A stretch of 63,556 nucleotides of DNA, filler included, from Octopus bimaculoides (Eukaryota), in NCBI RefSeq assembly GCF_001194135.2. It is 8 parts of 8 records of this genome, joined end to end, with 100 filler letters (N's around TTAATTAATTAA, not from the genome) between each part and the next. Parts side by side here need not be neighbours in the genome. Positions count along the whole stretch, not along the records: positions 39,989 to 56,922 come from NC_068981.1; positions 57,023 to 62,116 come from NC_069010.1; positions 62,217 to 63,556 come from NW_026371457.1; 5 more parts are not named here. One strand, written 5' to 3'. Positions within the stretch are counted from its first letter, which is position 1, and each line of letters opens with the position of its first letter. The notes under the pieces are model-generated. The model was not told the DNA's origin and did not search any database. It saw only the letters and a list, made by a program, of their open reading frames with translations. Below are positions 51,000 to 63,556 of the stretch, in pieces. The position numbers and the translations under genes are program-made.

Positions 51000-51981
51000 C
51001 AGTTTCGAGATGAGGTATACAGCTGGAAATTTTACAACAGATTCTGTTCATACATCGCACTTAGTACTACAATGTAATGAAACAGTTATCGATACTTGGG
51101 AATCTCAGTGCAGTTGTTCGATCTTCTGGAAATGCTAACCAAATCTTTCTTTATTCCTCACGCGCACTGTTTTGGAAAAGAAGGTCACATTAGATAATGT
51201 GGTCATGCACACAGTGCGCCTATAAAAATCACGAGATGGTGGACATGGCTGGAGCATCTTACATCAACTATACCAACTACTACTACTACTACTACTACTA
51301 CACACCACCGCCACTACGACGATGACGTCAACGATGACCACCACCACCACCACTACTTGTGGTAAGTAGCAACTACGACAATCTCTGGATTAAAAAGAAG
51401 TACAAACAGCCGTCACTTGTGAACGAGTATGGATTTATAGGAGAGACACCATGCTTTCGCAGATATTTTAGGTTCTTATATAAGCCGCTTCAGCCTTCAC
51501 CTAGTGAAACATCGAGGATATAACAGGAGTGGGGAGAGAAGGCTGCGCTAGCTGGCACTTGGCTGGTACTTATCAAATCTGAGTAGATTGGAAACAATGT
51601 GAAATGAAGAGCTTGAATCAAAACAAGGATGCAAAGCAGCGACCAGTCTGGGGGAAAGAAATCCACGAAAGAAATGGTCAAAATCTGAACACTTTAACTA
51701 ATTGGCCATGTGTCTTTACCTTTTTGGAATTGTAAATCCTTAAATTTAGGGTATGACATGTTTTGACACAGCTGTTTTGGCGCAGCTAATTTGGCGTCAC
51801 TGATTTGATGATGACTTATTTGTCATCAGACGTTTTAATGTTTCTTTTCCTCTCACCCTTCCGTTTCCCATCTTTCTTGGCCTCCCCTCTCTCTTTGTTT
51901 ACTCATATGAGCCTATTTGTCTTTATGTGTATGAGGAGAGGGAAAGTCTTTATGTCAATTGTGTTTAATTAATAAATTGTA

Positions 51982-52025
<44 letters not shown>

Positions 52026-52305
52026 TTGTATATGTATATTTCTTTGCGTGTATGCGTGAGTGCGTGTGTTTGCTTCGAGTGCCAAAAAGTACTGTCACCA
52101 AAACAGGTTTCATGCCCAGAGAGCTGTGACGAATCGGTAGCGGCCGAACAGATGCGGTCAATCGTCTCTTTCTGTTAAATCTCCTCATTTCACACACGCG
52201 CACACACACACACAACTACATGCACACACATTGAGTAAACGACTGACGCTCAACTATGATGCTGTTATTTCCTGTTCTGTTTTTAGTTGCTCTACAGCAA
52301 ATTAA

Positions 52306-52828
52306 AAAGGCGGAATTCTGGTGTAAACATCCCGTATAACTCCTCATAACTTATTTCATTTTTGGAATTTTCAGAAAATTTTTGTGAATTTGTATTCTAC
52401 ACGTGGGAATTCATACGATTATGAAGAAAGTAATACTCTCCCAGCACTAAATCCTAAATGTTTTATTCCTTTACGAATTTTTTTTTATAAGATTTTAAAA
52501 TACGGACAGTCCAAAATTTTGCTTAAATCCCGGCAGTGGACCACCTTTCGGTACATCATCATTCCATTAAATGTGTTTATGAAGAGAAAAAAATTGAAAA
52601 ACATCAACACACGGCAGAGTGGCAAGAAACGAGGACAGTTTTAGGTGGTCGTGGGATGTGCTAAAAACAACAGTTAAATCACCCTTAAATCACACACACA
52701 CAAAAAATTGCATAATCGTATGAATTCGCGTGTGTAGAACACAAATTCACAAAAATTTTCTGATACAAAGAAAAAATAGAAAAGTTATGAGCGGTTATAT
52801 GGGGGTGCTTAAACCAGAAATCTCACCA
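52306..52828. mobile_element. MITE with ~120-bp imperfect TIRs flanked by TTAA (Kolobok/piggyBac-type target)
   Basis: Left 52306-52423 and right 52711-52828 are reverse complements (best core GAAAATTTTTGTGAATTTGT.TTCTACAC..G.GAATTCATACGATTATG); TTAA at 52302-52305 and 52829-52832. Confidence 0.7.
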
Positions 52829-53768
52829 TTAAAAGTTCTATCAAAATTGAATTACTTTTCCACAGGTCATAGAGCAAGAACATCAGTAAACCTGATCATA
52901 GATGCAATGCACAAATACCTTGATCACACCATAGAACAGCAGCTGCAGAAACAACGTCATTGACATGATATTAATTGCTCTGTAGAAGTATCTTGACCCT
53001 ATTATATATTTCTTATGTTCTGCTCTCAGTTATATCGACTCCCTTCTAATTAAGATCCTTTGTCATGATTTCGAGTCTCTTAACGCGATACCACTTTGGC
53101 AGCTGTTTCGTCATGGATGACAGCTAAGTAGTTCTGTACATGGTGCCGCGAACGTCGGACGTGATGGCGCAAACTTCTCTAATCAAAATCCGTAACTGGT
53201 TTATTTTTGAGTAATAAATAAGAGAAACACCCTTTATCTACCAACGTAGCATTATTCAAACCGGATTACGAAATATATCTTACATCAAGCAAGAGGAATC
53301 TGACTTGTACCATTTTAACTGAAATTGATAACAACAAAACTAACATTAATACTAACAAAGTAGTACTACGATACCCATAAATCGTGTAAGACAGTGTAAG
53401 CACTCCTCTCGGGGAAATTAAATAAAACGAAAGAAGAAAAATGGAAATGGATCTCCATCGGTTTCGAAGATGAATTTTCAGTTGTTCAATCAACTGAGCT
53501 ACATACTCATTGAACTGGCTTATAAGTTACTGACTATTTTCCAGAAAGGTATACTCTCAGCATATTTTTCGTGGGTAGATTCAGCATGACACAGGGTATG
53601 TGATAAGGCTTGCCGAGGCTATGGTAAATGATGTTTGGTCAAGGTGCCACATATTGAATCCAAACCTCCTGACAGTGAAGCGAACTTCTTAACTATTGGA
53701 TCATACTGCATCTACGTACTTCCATGCATGCATGCTTATATGAATACATACATACATACACATATGTG

Positions 53769-53813
<45 letters not shown>

Positions 53814-54555
53814 ATAGATTATATATGTATATTGTTATGTCTCAAGCTACTGCTATCTAGCACATTCTGATGATCTCTACTCAACCGCTACACAACTGCA
53901 ACTCGACTGCTACTCAACACTCCTACCACGGCCAGACTACCTCTATTTATATGTCTTNNNNNNNNNNNNNNNNNNNNNNNNNNNNNNNNNNNNNNNNNNN
54001 NNNNNNNNNNNNNNNNNNNNNNNNNNNNNNNNNNNNNNNNNNNNNNNNNNNNNNNNNNNNNNNNNNNNNNNNNNNNNNNNNNNNNNNNNNNNNNNNNNNN
54101 NNNNNNNNNNNNNNNNNNNNNNNNNNNNNNNNNNNNNNNNNNNNNNNNNNNNNNNNNNNNNNNNNNNNNNNNNNNNNNNNNNNNNNNNNNNNNNNNNNNN
54201 NNNNNNNNNNNNNNNNNNNNNNNNNNNNNNNNNNNNNNNNNNNNNNNNNNNNNNNNNNNNNNNNNNNNNNNNNNNNNNNNNNNNNNNNNNNNNNNNNNNN
54301 NNNNNNNNNNNNNNNNNNNNNNNNNNNNNNNNNNNNNNNNNNNNNNNNNNNNNNNNNNNNNNNNNNNNNNNNNNNNNNNNNNNNNNNNNNNNNNNNNNNN
54401 NNNNNNNNNNNNNNNNNNNNNNNNNNNNNNNNNNNNNNNNNNNNNNNNNNNNNNNNNNNNNNNNNNNNNNNNNNNNNNNNNNNNNNNNNNNNNNNNNNNN
54501 NNNNNNNNNNNNNNNNNNNNNNNNNNNNNNNNNNNNNNNNNNNNNNNNNNNNNNN

Positions 54556-54603
54556 TTTCCGATGAAGGGATATATAAAATATCCTGGAAACAGCTGTAAG
54601 ACC
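54556..54603 (+). ncRNA. Hammerhead-like motif with CCGAUGA core, next to a gap
   Basis: UUU-CCGAUGA(54559-65)-AG-GGAUA[UAUAAAA]UAUCC-UG-GAAAC-AGCU-GUA-AGA; palindromic ACAGCUGU stem III, GUA site. Confidence 0.6.
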
Positions 54604-54678
54604 TTCTATTTATAAATGTTCTGAAATCTTTCACTCACAGCCTCGGATTTTTATCTCATTCTGTTAATTTATATATAT

Positions 54679-54830
54679 ACTAGCAGTATAACCCGACGTT
54701 GTCTGGGTGTGACTTATTACGCCATCTACGATAAGTCTTGCTAGGTGAAAATCAACTAAAAAAGAAAGCCTTACAACGAAAAACCCTTATGATGTAAATA
54801 TGTTCATAATTCAAAAGACGATGAAATTAA
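54679..54830 (+). mobile_element. HINE-like 5' end fragment
   Basis: ACTAGCAGTATAACCCGACGTTGTCTGGG, same terminal layout as 49303. Confidence 0.45.
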
Positions 54831-54884
54831 TAGGGAAAGTCTGAAGACTGTTTTGCGTAACATTATTAAGCGTACGTAAATTTC

Positions 54885-55007
54885 ATCCGTGTAATTGGCT
54901 ATGGTTGAGACTATAACAGAAGACACTTGCGCAAGGTGTCACACAGTAGGACTGAACACGGAACCATATGGTTGGGAAACTAACTACTTACCGCACAGCC
55001 ACGCTTA
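54885..55007 (-). mobile_element. SINE family B head fragment
   Basis: CTATAACAGAAGACACTTGCGCAAGGTGTCACACAGTAGGACTGAAC...TACTTACCGCACAGCCACGC; a more degraded copy lies at ~53575-53725. Confidence 0.8.
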
Positions 55008-55599
55008 CAAATCTTATTCTATTTTTTAAAAAGATTTCTCTGTAGAGAAAGGATAAGCACCCATGGCCTTTGCAGACCCTTGGATATTGCCCAGAGGAAG
55101 AAACTACGACTCGTGATTGCCGCATGCAGGCAATAATACATTAATAAAATGAGTTAATTTATCAGAACAACATAGATGTGGCTTGATTCATGCAATAGAG
55201 TAGATTCCATTGAGTCACTTTTCAGGATAAAATGGATCTAATAGAGAGGGGAGGTGGTGAATTTTCACGAAGAAAATTAATTTAGATATGAGATTATGCT
55301 TTAATTTCGAAATGAAATTAAATTTATTTGAATTTTATTTGAATTTTTTTACGATTAATAATTTAATAACACACGATGTAGGAGTGGTTTAAATATATTA
55401 ATTCGCAACACAAATTGCAGTGCAAAGTAAACAGGTTAGAAACGTTTATAAATATTATTTTAATACTGGTTTATTTTACTTATAGCTAAAATAGAGTTTG
55501 TTGATATTGTTTAACTCGAGGTCAGCCCTGATCCAGAAGACTTGTCAAAAATGATACAACCGTGGCCATTTCTTCATTTTGTATGAGACATTTTTTTCA

Positions 55600-55800
55600 T
55601 CTTTTATCTTTTACTTGTTTCACTCATTAGACTGCGGTCATGCTGGGGCACTGCCTTGAGGATTTATAGTCTAACGGATCGATTCCAATGCTTATGTTTT
55701 GTAAAGCCTGGTAATTATTGTGTCGGTATCTTTTGCCGAATCGCTAGGGGTTGTAAACACGTCAACACCATTTCTAAAGAGGTGGTAGGACACACACATG
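55600..55800 (-). mobile_element. SINE family B tail fragment
   Basis: TTTTACTTGTTTCACTCATTAGACTGCGGTCATGCTGGGGCACTGCC...TTTTGCCGAATCGCTAGG. Confidence 0.8.
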
Positions 55801-57149
55801 CCCCCCCCCCCCNNNNNNNNNNNNNNNNNNNNNNNNNNNNNNNNNNNNNNNNNNNNNNNNNNNNNNNNNNNNNNNNNNNNNNNNNNNNNNNNNNNNNNNN
55901 NNNNNNNNNNNNNNNNNNNNNNNNNNNNNNNNNNNNNNNNNNNNNNNNNNNNNNNNNNNNNNNNNNNNNNNNNNNNNNNNNNNNNNNNNNNNNNNNNNNN
56001 NNNNNNNNNNNNNNNNNNNNNNNNNNNNNNNNNNNNNNNNNNNNNNNNNNNNNNNNNNNNNNNNNNNNNNNNNNNNCCCCACACGCCCCCCACACAAACA
56101 CACACACACACACACACAGACACACACACTCACAAACACATACACACACAATTAGGTTTGTCAAAGTCCTTTCGATACCATCCGCGGTCTCATCTACTTC
56201 AGTGCGTCTGTTTATTATTGACATAAAAAACCGCCCCGAAGTTCAACTAACCGTGTTTCAACACACGAGACTACATAAAAAATCTTGCAAACCAAATACA
56301 AAACTGAATCTTAAATTATGTACACTGAAAATTCCATCTGTAAGTGGAACAGTAAAAACATGCAAAGAATTGACTAAAATTCAATATATAACTTTTTATT
56401 ATCGTTTGTTGTTCGTTAGATATCAACTATTCTTCATAAAAATACTTCAAAGAATTAAAATAAAACTAAGAAACTATACAAACACAGGCAGGCAATGGCA
56501 CACAAACACACATTTAAGCACGTGACTGTAGGTTTCAAACAAATCTATTGCTTGATCAACAGGCGTAAACGTTAATCTAAAATCAATGAGTTGAAAACAT
56601 CTGTGCACAAATAAATTGAAATTCTATTACCAGACATAGGTACTACTCGTAATATATAAGGCACTTAACAATGTCATAGTACCAATTTTGAGAGGGCGGG
56701 CTTCAAAAGACCAATCTCTCACGTTACGTATATAAGTCTCTCTTTTCCTCTCTCGCTTTCTCGCTGAGCGTACATGCTTGTGTAAAGAGAGAAAGAGAGA
56801 TCATAGAATGAAAGAGAAATGCACAACCAGATAGACAGACATAGATAGATAAGGAGATTGATAAAGACGTACATATATACACATGATCCCTCTCTCTTTT
56901 CATATATATATATATATATATANNNNNNNNNNNNNNNNNNNNNNNNNNNNNNNNNNNNNNNNNNNNTTAATTAATTAANNNNNNNNNNNNNNNNNNNNNN
57001 NNNNNNNNNNNNNNNNNNNNNNTACAGGTCACTACATCTTGTCATCTTAAAAAGGACCATTTAATTATGTAGTTCTATGCTCCCAAGTAAAAGATAGAGA
57101 CGTCTTGCCTGGAAAGTCTTTTAACTTAATTCTGCTGGATTAACACAGA

Positions 57150-58600
57150 TATTTGATTAAACAACAACGATAAGAAGTGATATGGTTCTGTTGAGTGTCC
57201 TCCATTAAGTTTCTTCTTTATATTGAAGCAACTACATGTGGTAAGAAGTCATTTCAATATGGTGATTTCAACTGGAATTAATTATCAGCTTTCTACACAA
57301 GAACCTAGAATTGTTTTCATCAGAAATCCAAAGACGTTGATTCACATCAAGTTTGGTGAAACGATTCTCTTTCTGAGAATAATCCACAACCATTCATTTT
57401 TATGGTATTCCATGGTAGAAACAACTTCAAAACACCAAAGAGATGTACATGGTTCAATAATGTCTTCAGCCAGAAGGTAATGGACTTGTAATTTGATGAA
57501 ATCTTGATATGATTTACTGCAACAATGAAACTTAATAGCAATAGGTTTACAGCCATAGAGTGACATCATAAGCATTGTCCTGAAGACACAAACTGACCAT
57601 AACATGTTCACTTTTAATATTTTCCAAAGTGGATACATAATGTTTCAATTAAAATTAAAACTAGTAAATTTCCATTTTTCTGGAGCTGGATTCACCAACT
57701 GAAGAAAGATATTGAAGACTCAGTAGTTGTGGCTAAGATGAAACTTCACCCATTTGTGTTGAAAGAGCTGCTTCTGGTTTGGCAATAGTTGCAACTGTAA
57801 ATCAGGGAGGAAGAAGTATTGATTCTTTTCAAATGTCTTGCAGAATTGTGAGTTAAAACATCCTTCAGTTGAGAAAGAAACCTCCTCAGTCACAGAGTCT
57901 ATACAACATTAGAGGCATTGCTTCAGTTGAAAACGATTCACCCTTTTTACTGATACAAAACATCATTCAGTTTTATGTTTGATGTTAAATGTCATCATAA
58001 AATGTTTAGAAATGAGAACATTTCTGACATGTCTGTTTTCTGTTTTGTTCTGTTGTCAGTTCTAATCAAATTGCTGAATTACAACAATTGCCTTTGCTAC
58101 CCAGGCATGACATGAATATATGATTATGTGGAAAGCAAAAACATTCCAGAATCACTTGATGAAATCAAAACAATGTTTTCCCTGTGAAATAGACTAACTT
58201 CCCAAATCGATTAATCATTCATATTTCAAGAGTCGAGAATTCTGAGTCAAATTCAATCCCAATTGAGTCTTCTCCAAATAATTCTTCTCACCAATTCTTA
58301 ATGAACTCCAGATTCGATCAGTTCTCCTGAGCCTATTCTGTTATTATTATATCAGTTTCATTGAGAGAGGTCACCTCCAGTTCGGCTTGACTTGTGAATA
58401 TTCATTTTCTGGTAAATTCTCTCAGAATAATTCTGTCTTCTTGGCTGGAGAGAATAGGATATGATTCATCAGTGTCATCTATTTAGTCTTCCACGGAAGC
58501 ATCTACAGACATATGTCATGTGATTAAGACGTCATTCTAATTTGGTGATATGAGCTGAAATTATCTGCTTCTTACACAATGATCCTAAGAAGAAGCTAAC
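57150..58600 (-). mobile_element. Degraded Ty3/Gypsy LTR-retrotransposon gag-pol relic
   Basis: GCKPIAIK..YQDFIKLQVHYLLAEDIIEPCTSLW and, in another frame, MVVDYSQKENRFTKLD match the Gypsy RT N-terminus (core 57200-57640); upstream limit uncertain. Confidence 0.7.
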
Positions 58601-59264
58601 TCAAGGTCTTACGATGGAATAAACAAGACTTATTCCGAGTGTTACTTTTGCTTCATTAAAAATACCAAGGAATAAACTCTGTAAAAATGTAAAACACGCA
58701 AAAACATTGCCATTCAATCATCTATTTAGCCTTAAACAACAGTATATTTTAGTCCCTTCTTCCAAAAGACAATATCTTTTCAACTGTGTTTTATTAATTT
58801 ATCCATTTTACCAACCTTGCTAACCTCAATTTTATTGTATTAGATTAATATTTTTAATAGAATTATTTCACAGTTAACATTTCAAATGGAAATTAGGAAT
58901 GGAACCTGTTCTCAGTCATTCTGACATACAAGGCTCAAATGAAATTAAAATTTACAGACATCAATTAGGTATTGTTATTTTCTACTCACCCACTTGCCAC
59001 CAATTGCTTCCTAACTGCCGTGCCACCTTCAGGAGAAACCTCTCATCCAGTTTTTGAAAACCTGAAATACATATCTTCATGGTTTACATTTTATAGTAAA
59101 ATTTCTTAATCCATATTAATAAAGTATATCTTATTATCATAAGATATTCTTATCTTCAATGGCCGCTCAACATTTTTATAAGTTTTACAATGGTACCATA
59201 TATTAGCTAAATATTCAAGTCCACCACAGGATAGAGTAACCTTTCTCAATCTCTTTTTTTTTAA

Positions 59265-60460
59265 CTAAGGCTGAAAGTTTCATAGGATGACAAATACACT
59301 CATATAAAATGTGACCAAATGAAGTCTATTTTCCAACACAGTCTCCATTGAGGTCCCCACACTTCATCCATTCGTGTTTCAGTTCTTGAATGAATCTCAA
59401 TGGTGAACAAGGTTTAATCCTGTTGCTAAAATAATTCATCAACAGACGATATGATGTCATCATCATCATTGCGATAACGATTCTCAATTGACTATTTTTG
59501 AAAGTTGATGGACAGATTATAGTCAGAAGTGGGTAAATCAGGGGAAGAATGAAGGTAATCAACTATTTCAAAACCAGGGCCATGCACAGCAGCCATTGAA
59601 AGCAAGGACGTATGTGCTGGGGCATTGTCTTGATGATACAAAGCCCTTTGCAGTAGTTTCCCTGGGCATTTGGTTTTGATAGTCTTTTGTAACTGCTTCA
59701 TAAAGATGGTATAATACCCTCCATTGATGGCAGAGCCCTTCTGAAATTATTCAATAAACACAATGATGCCTTTTGCATCACAAAACCTGAGACTATCCCC
59801 TTCCATGTAGATGAAACGATGTTGGTCTTCATTAGACCAGGTGAGGAGGTGTGTTTCTACTGCATGGATTATCTCTTTGTCTGAAGCTCAACGTGTTGAA
59901 TCCAACACTCATCGTGGCTTATGAAAGGTTCAAGGAATTCAGCTGGATCTGCTTCAAGCAATGTCGGATTTTAGCATAATGTGGTTAGCCTAGTGTGCTT
60001 TTGATCAGGTCTCAGAAGACGTGGCACCCACCAAACAGAAACCATTGTCATGTCAAGTACAGAATATTCCCAAATCTGTCACAGAAAATGCTAATAGCAT
60101 TAGCTATTTGATTTATAATCAATCGACAGTCATCCATCACCATTCGGTGAAAATGTTAAACGTTTTCCTCGGTGGTGAAAGTAGCAGGACGTCCAGACAT
60201 TGGGTCCTCTTCAACACTCTCTGTTCGCCTCCTAAATTCAGCTGTCCCCTTTTGCACAGTTGATAAAGTTGGAGCGTCATCACCTAATATAGCAACCGTG
60301 TCAGCATGATCTCCCTTGGGAAATAAACCCTTATTCTGCACGATGCCACATTTTGTCCCATTTTCAAAAGAGGTCGCTACTAGTCATATTTCAAGTCTTC
60401 TTTGAACATTCAGATGTCAGTTTACGTGGAATCAAAAAGTGCAGTTATTAATAAGAAGTG
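59265..60460 (-). mobile_element. Mariner transposon relic, most of transposase
   Basis: LGDDAPTLSTVQK..AEFRR..SVEEDPMSGRP, LYHQDNAPAHTS, YLHSSPDLPTSDY; TIR-like GGCTGAAAGTTTCATAGG near 59268. Confidence 0.9.
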
Positions 60461-62216
60461 TTGAACTTAATGGATGCTAGATTTTACACTCTACAGTCTA
60501 CCTTTGCACAAACCTCATTAGCTTCATATAACTGGTCAGCCACACGTTATGGTGGTGATAAATATCTGAAATGGTACACAAGAACGGATGCTCAAGAATA
60601 TATACGCAAGACGGAGATATAGATCAAACTGGACGCAGCAAATCTCGTATTTTCCAAGAGGTCTTGACTTATCTATTGCTTATAACCAATCCTCTGTTTC
60701 TGCCATGATCCTAATACCTTTACTCTTATTGGACAATGAGGTACCATCGTCCTAAACATNNNNNNNNNNNNNNNNNNNNNNNNNNNNNNNNNNNNNNNNN
60801 NNNNNNNNNNNNNNNNNNNNNNNNNNNNNNNNNNNNNNNNNNNNNNNNNNNNNNNNNNNNNNNNNNNNNNNNNNNNNNNNNNNNNNNNNNNNNNNNNNNN
60901 NNNNNNNNNNNNNNNNNNNNNNNNNNNNNNNNNNNNNNNNNNNNNNNNNNNNNNNNNNNNNNNNNNNNNNNNNNNNNNNNNNNNNNNNNNNNNNNNNNNN
61001 NNNNNNNNNNNNNNNNNNNNNNNNNNNNNNNNNNNNNNNNNNNNNNNNNNNNNNNNNNNNNNNNNNNNNNNNNNNNNNNNNNNNNNNNNNNNNNNNNNNN
61101 NNNNNNNNNNNNNNNNNNNNNNNNNNNNNNNNNNNNNNNNNNNNNNNNNNNNNNNNNNNNNNNNNNNNNNNNNNNNNNNNNNNNNNNNNNNNNNNNNNNN
61201 NNNNNNNNNNNNNNNNTGATCACTTAGCAAGTAAATCCATGTAAATATTGTCAACTACAGTCAGGATTGAAGTTGGTCTAAAGTGACCAATAAATTTACT
61301 TTAGCTTCTTTTGTTAATTAAACTCTTCTGTCTTGTTGATGGATATAGTCAATATGTGGTGGATGTAATGATAAATTTACTATCAGTAAAAACAAGATAG
61401 GGCGTCCAAATTTGAAGGATTTTATACTGAGTGACTGCCAGATTGTAATAACAGTGATCAAAATGTAACACAAACAAAAACATTGCTCTTAACTCACCCA
61501 TTTACCCCCTAAACAATAATATATTTAAGTTGCCTATGGTAAAAGACAATATTAACTTTATTGCATCTCTTAATTGATCCATATTACCAACAGTGCTGAC
61601 TTCGGTGGATATTTTATTATATTTCGGGAACATCGTTAACAAAATTATGTTAAATCTAAATTATGTCTGCAGCTAGAACGGGCATACTACCATAGGATAG
61701 CTGGAGTATTTAAGTGAGAGGTGTTCCTCAACCAAGAAAGGTAGCCAGTGATTCTGAAGAAGAACTAAATTTGACATTGACCATCCATCCACTCCATTTA
61801 CTGTACTGAAACATGCAGCCGGAATCTATCTTAAAGAAAGAGAAAGAGAAACAGAGAGAGAAACAGGGAGAAAAACTATGATATAGAGATAGAGAAAAGG
61901 GGAGAGAGGGAGATATTGAAAAGAGAGAGGCAAATATTTTCTCAGTTGCAAACCAAAGTCTTGTTGGTGCATATAGGTAATATATCGTGGAGGTAATGAT
62001 AGAATAATTGTCAGTGAAAAAAGACAAGGTGTTCACATTTGGAACACTTTATATCATGTGACTGCCAGATTGCAATAACAGTGATCAAAATGTAAGTCAA
62101 AATGTAACTCAAACAANNNNNNNNNNNNNNNNNNNNNNNNNNNNNNNNNNNNNNNNNNNNTTAATTAATTAANNNNNNNNNNNNNNNNNNNNNNNNNNNN
62201 NNNNNNNNNNNNNNNN

Positions 62217-63115
62217 GTGTATATATGTGCTTCTATGTGTACGTACGTGTATATATGTGCTTCTATATGTGAACGTACGTGTATATATGTGCTTCTATAT
62301 GTACTTACGTGTATATATGTGCTTCAATATGTACGTACGTGAATATGTGATTCTATATGTACGTACGTATATATATGTGCATATATATGTACGTACGTAT
62401 ATATATGTGCATATATATGTACGTACGTGTATATATGAGCATATATATGTACGTACGTGTATTTATGTGCATATATATGTACGTACGTGTATATNNNNNN
62501 NNNNTATGTACGTACGTGTATTTATGTGCATATATATGTACGTACGTGTATATACGTGCTTCTATATGTACGTACGTGTATATACGTGCTTCCATATGTA
62601 CGTACGTGTATATACGTGCATATATATGTACGCACGTGTATATATATGTGCTTCTACGCGCACGCACGTGTATATATGTGCTTCTACGCGTACGCACGTG
62701 TATATATGTGCATATATATGTACGTANNNNNNNNNNGTGCTTCTACGCGTACGCACGTGTATATATGTGCATATATATGTACGTACTTGTATATATGTGC
62801 TTCTACGCGCACGCACGTGTATATATGTGCATATATATGTACGTACGTCTATATATGTGCTTCTATATGTACGTACGTGTAGATATGTGCATATATATGT
62901 ACGTACTTGTATATATGTGCATATATGTGAAAGTACGTGTATATATGTGCTTCTATGTGAACGTACGTGTATATATGTGCTTNNNNNNNNNNGTGTATAT
63001 ATGTGCTTCTATGTGAACGTACGTGTATATATGTGCTTCTATATGTACGTTCGTGTATATATGTGCTTCTATATGCACGTACACGTATATATGCGCTTCT
63101 ATATGCACGTACGCG
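62217..63115. repeat. 30-bp minisatellite, unit GTGTATATATGTGC(ATA/TTC)TATATGTACGTAC
   Basis: Visible 30-nt periodicity; ORF track shows the 10-aa repeat YVHIYVRTCI. Confidence 0.9.
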
Positions 63116-63556
63116 TATATATATGCATATATAAATATACGTATATATGCATATATATATATGCATATATNNNNNNNNNNTATGCATATATAAATATACG
63201 TATATATGCATATATATATATGCATATATATACATATGCATATATGTGTACATATGCATATATATACATATGCATATATGTGTACATATGCACATATATA
63301 TATGCATATATATATATACATATATATGTATATATATGCATATATATACATGTGTATATATTTATATATACATGTATATATATATACATACATATATATA
63401 TGTATACATACATATATATATGTACATGTGTATATATGCATAAATACATATGTATATATATGCATGTATAGATATATACGCATATAGCATGTATATACAC
63501 ATATATAGATATATGCATGTATATAGATATACAGATATATGCATATATATATATAT

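Noticed and set aside
5030-62172. Seven regularly formatted TTAATTAATTAA motifs
   Set aside because: Always centred in exactly 44 N on each side: a scaffolding linker.
62227-63544. 414-aa and other Y/I/C/M-rich ORFs
   Set aside because: Products of the 30-bp minisatellite and TA/TG repeats, open in most frames on both strands.

Overview
AT-rich, microsatellite-saturated, gapped eukaryotic scaffold with no intact protein-coding gene that I can support. The SINE families and repeat landscape look like an octopus (coleoid cephalopod) draft genome; this is inference from recognised repeats. The window is mostly transposon relics: a near-full-length R4/Dong-clade RT+RLE LINE (19978-24123, -), a second divergent R4-type fragment, Tx1/L1, RTE and Gypsy fragments, a SPIN/Charlie-type hAT, one Tc1 with both TIRs, two larger mariner relics plus a TIR fragment, Helentron-type HINEs, a TTAA-flanked MITE, many tRNA-derived SINEs and Penelope-type minimal hammerhead ribozymes. 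Most notable, in order: (1) two, possibly three, heavily decayed protocadherin-like ectodomain relics in stretches that otherwise look unique (motif-level inference, needs frameshift-aware alignment); (2) a phase-0 spliceosomal-type intron just after the first catalytic Asp of the Tc1 transposase; (3) three hammerhead motifs, two with a CCGA instead of CUGA core; (4) the R4/Dong element carries a 5x21-bp array at its 5' end and sits inside an (AAT)n tract that is also the tail of a Tx1 LINE. No CRISPR, rRNA or true tRNA gene, and no intact novel system is evident. Most ORFs in the track are microsatellite or N-gap artefacts.
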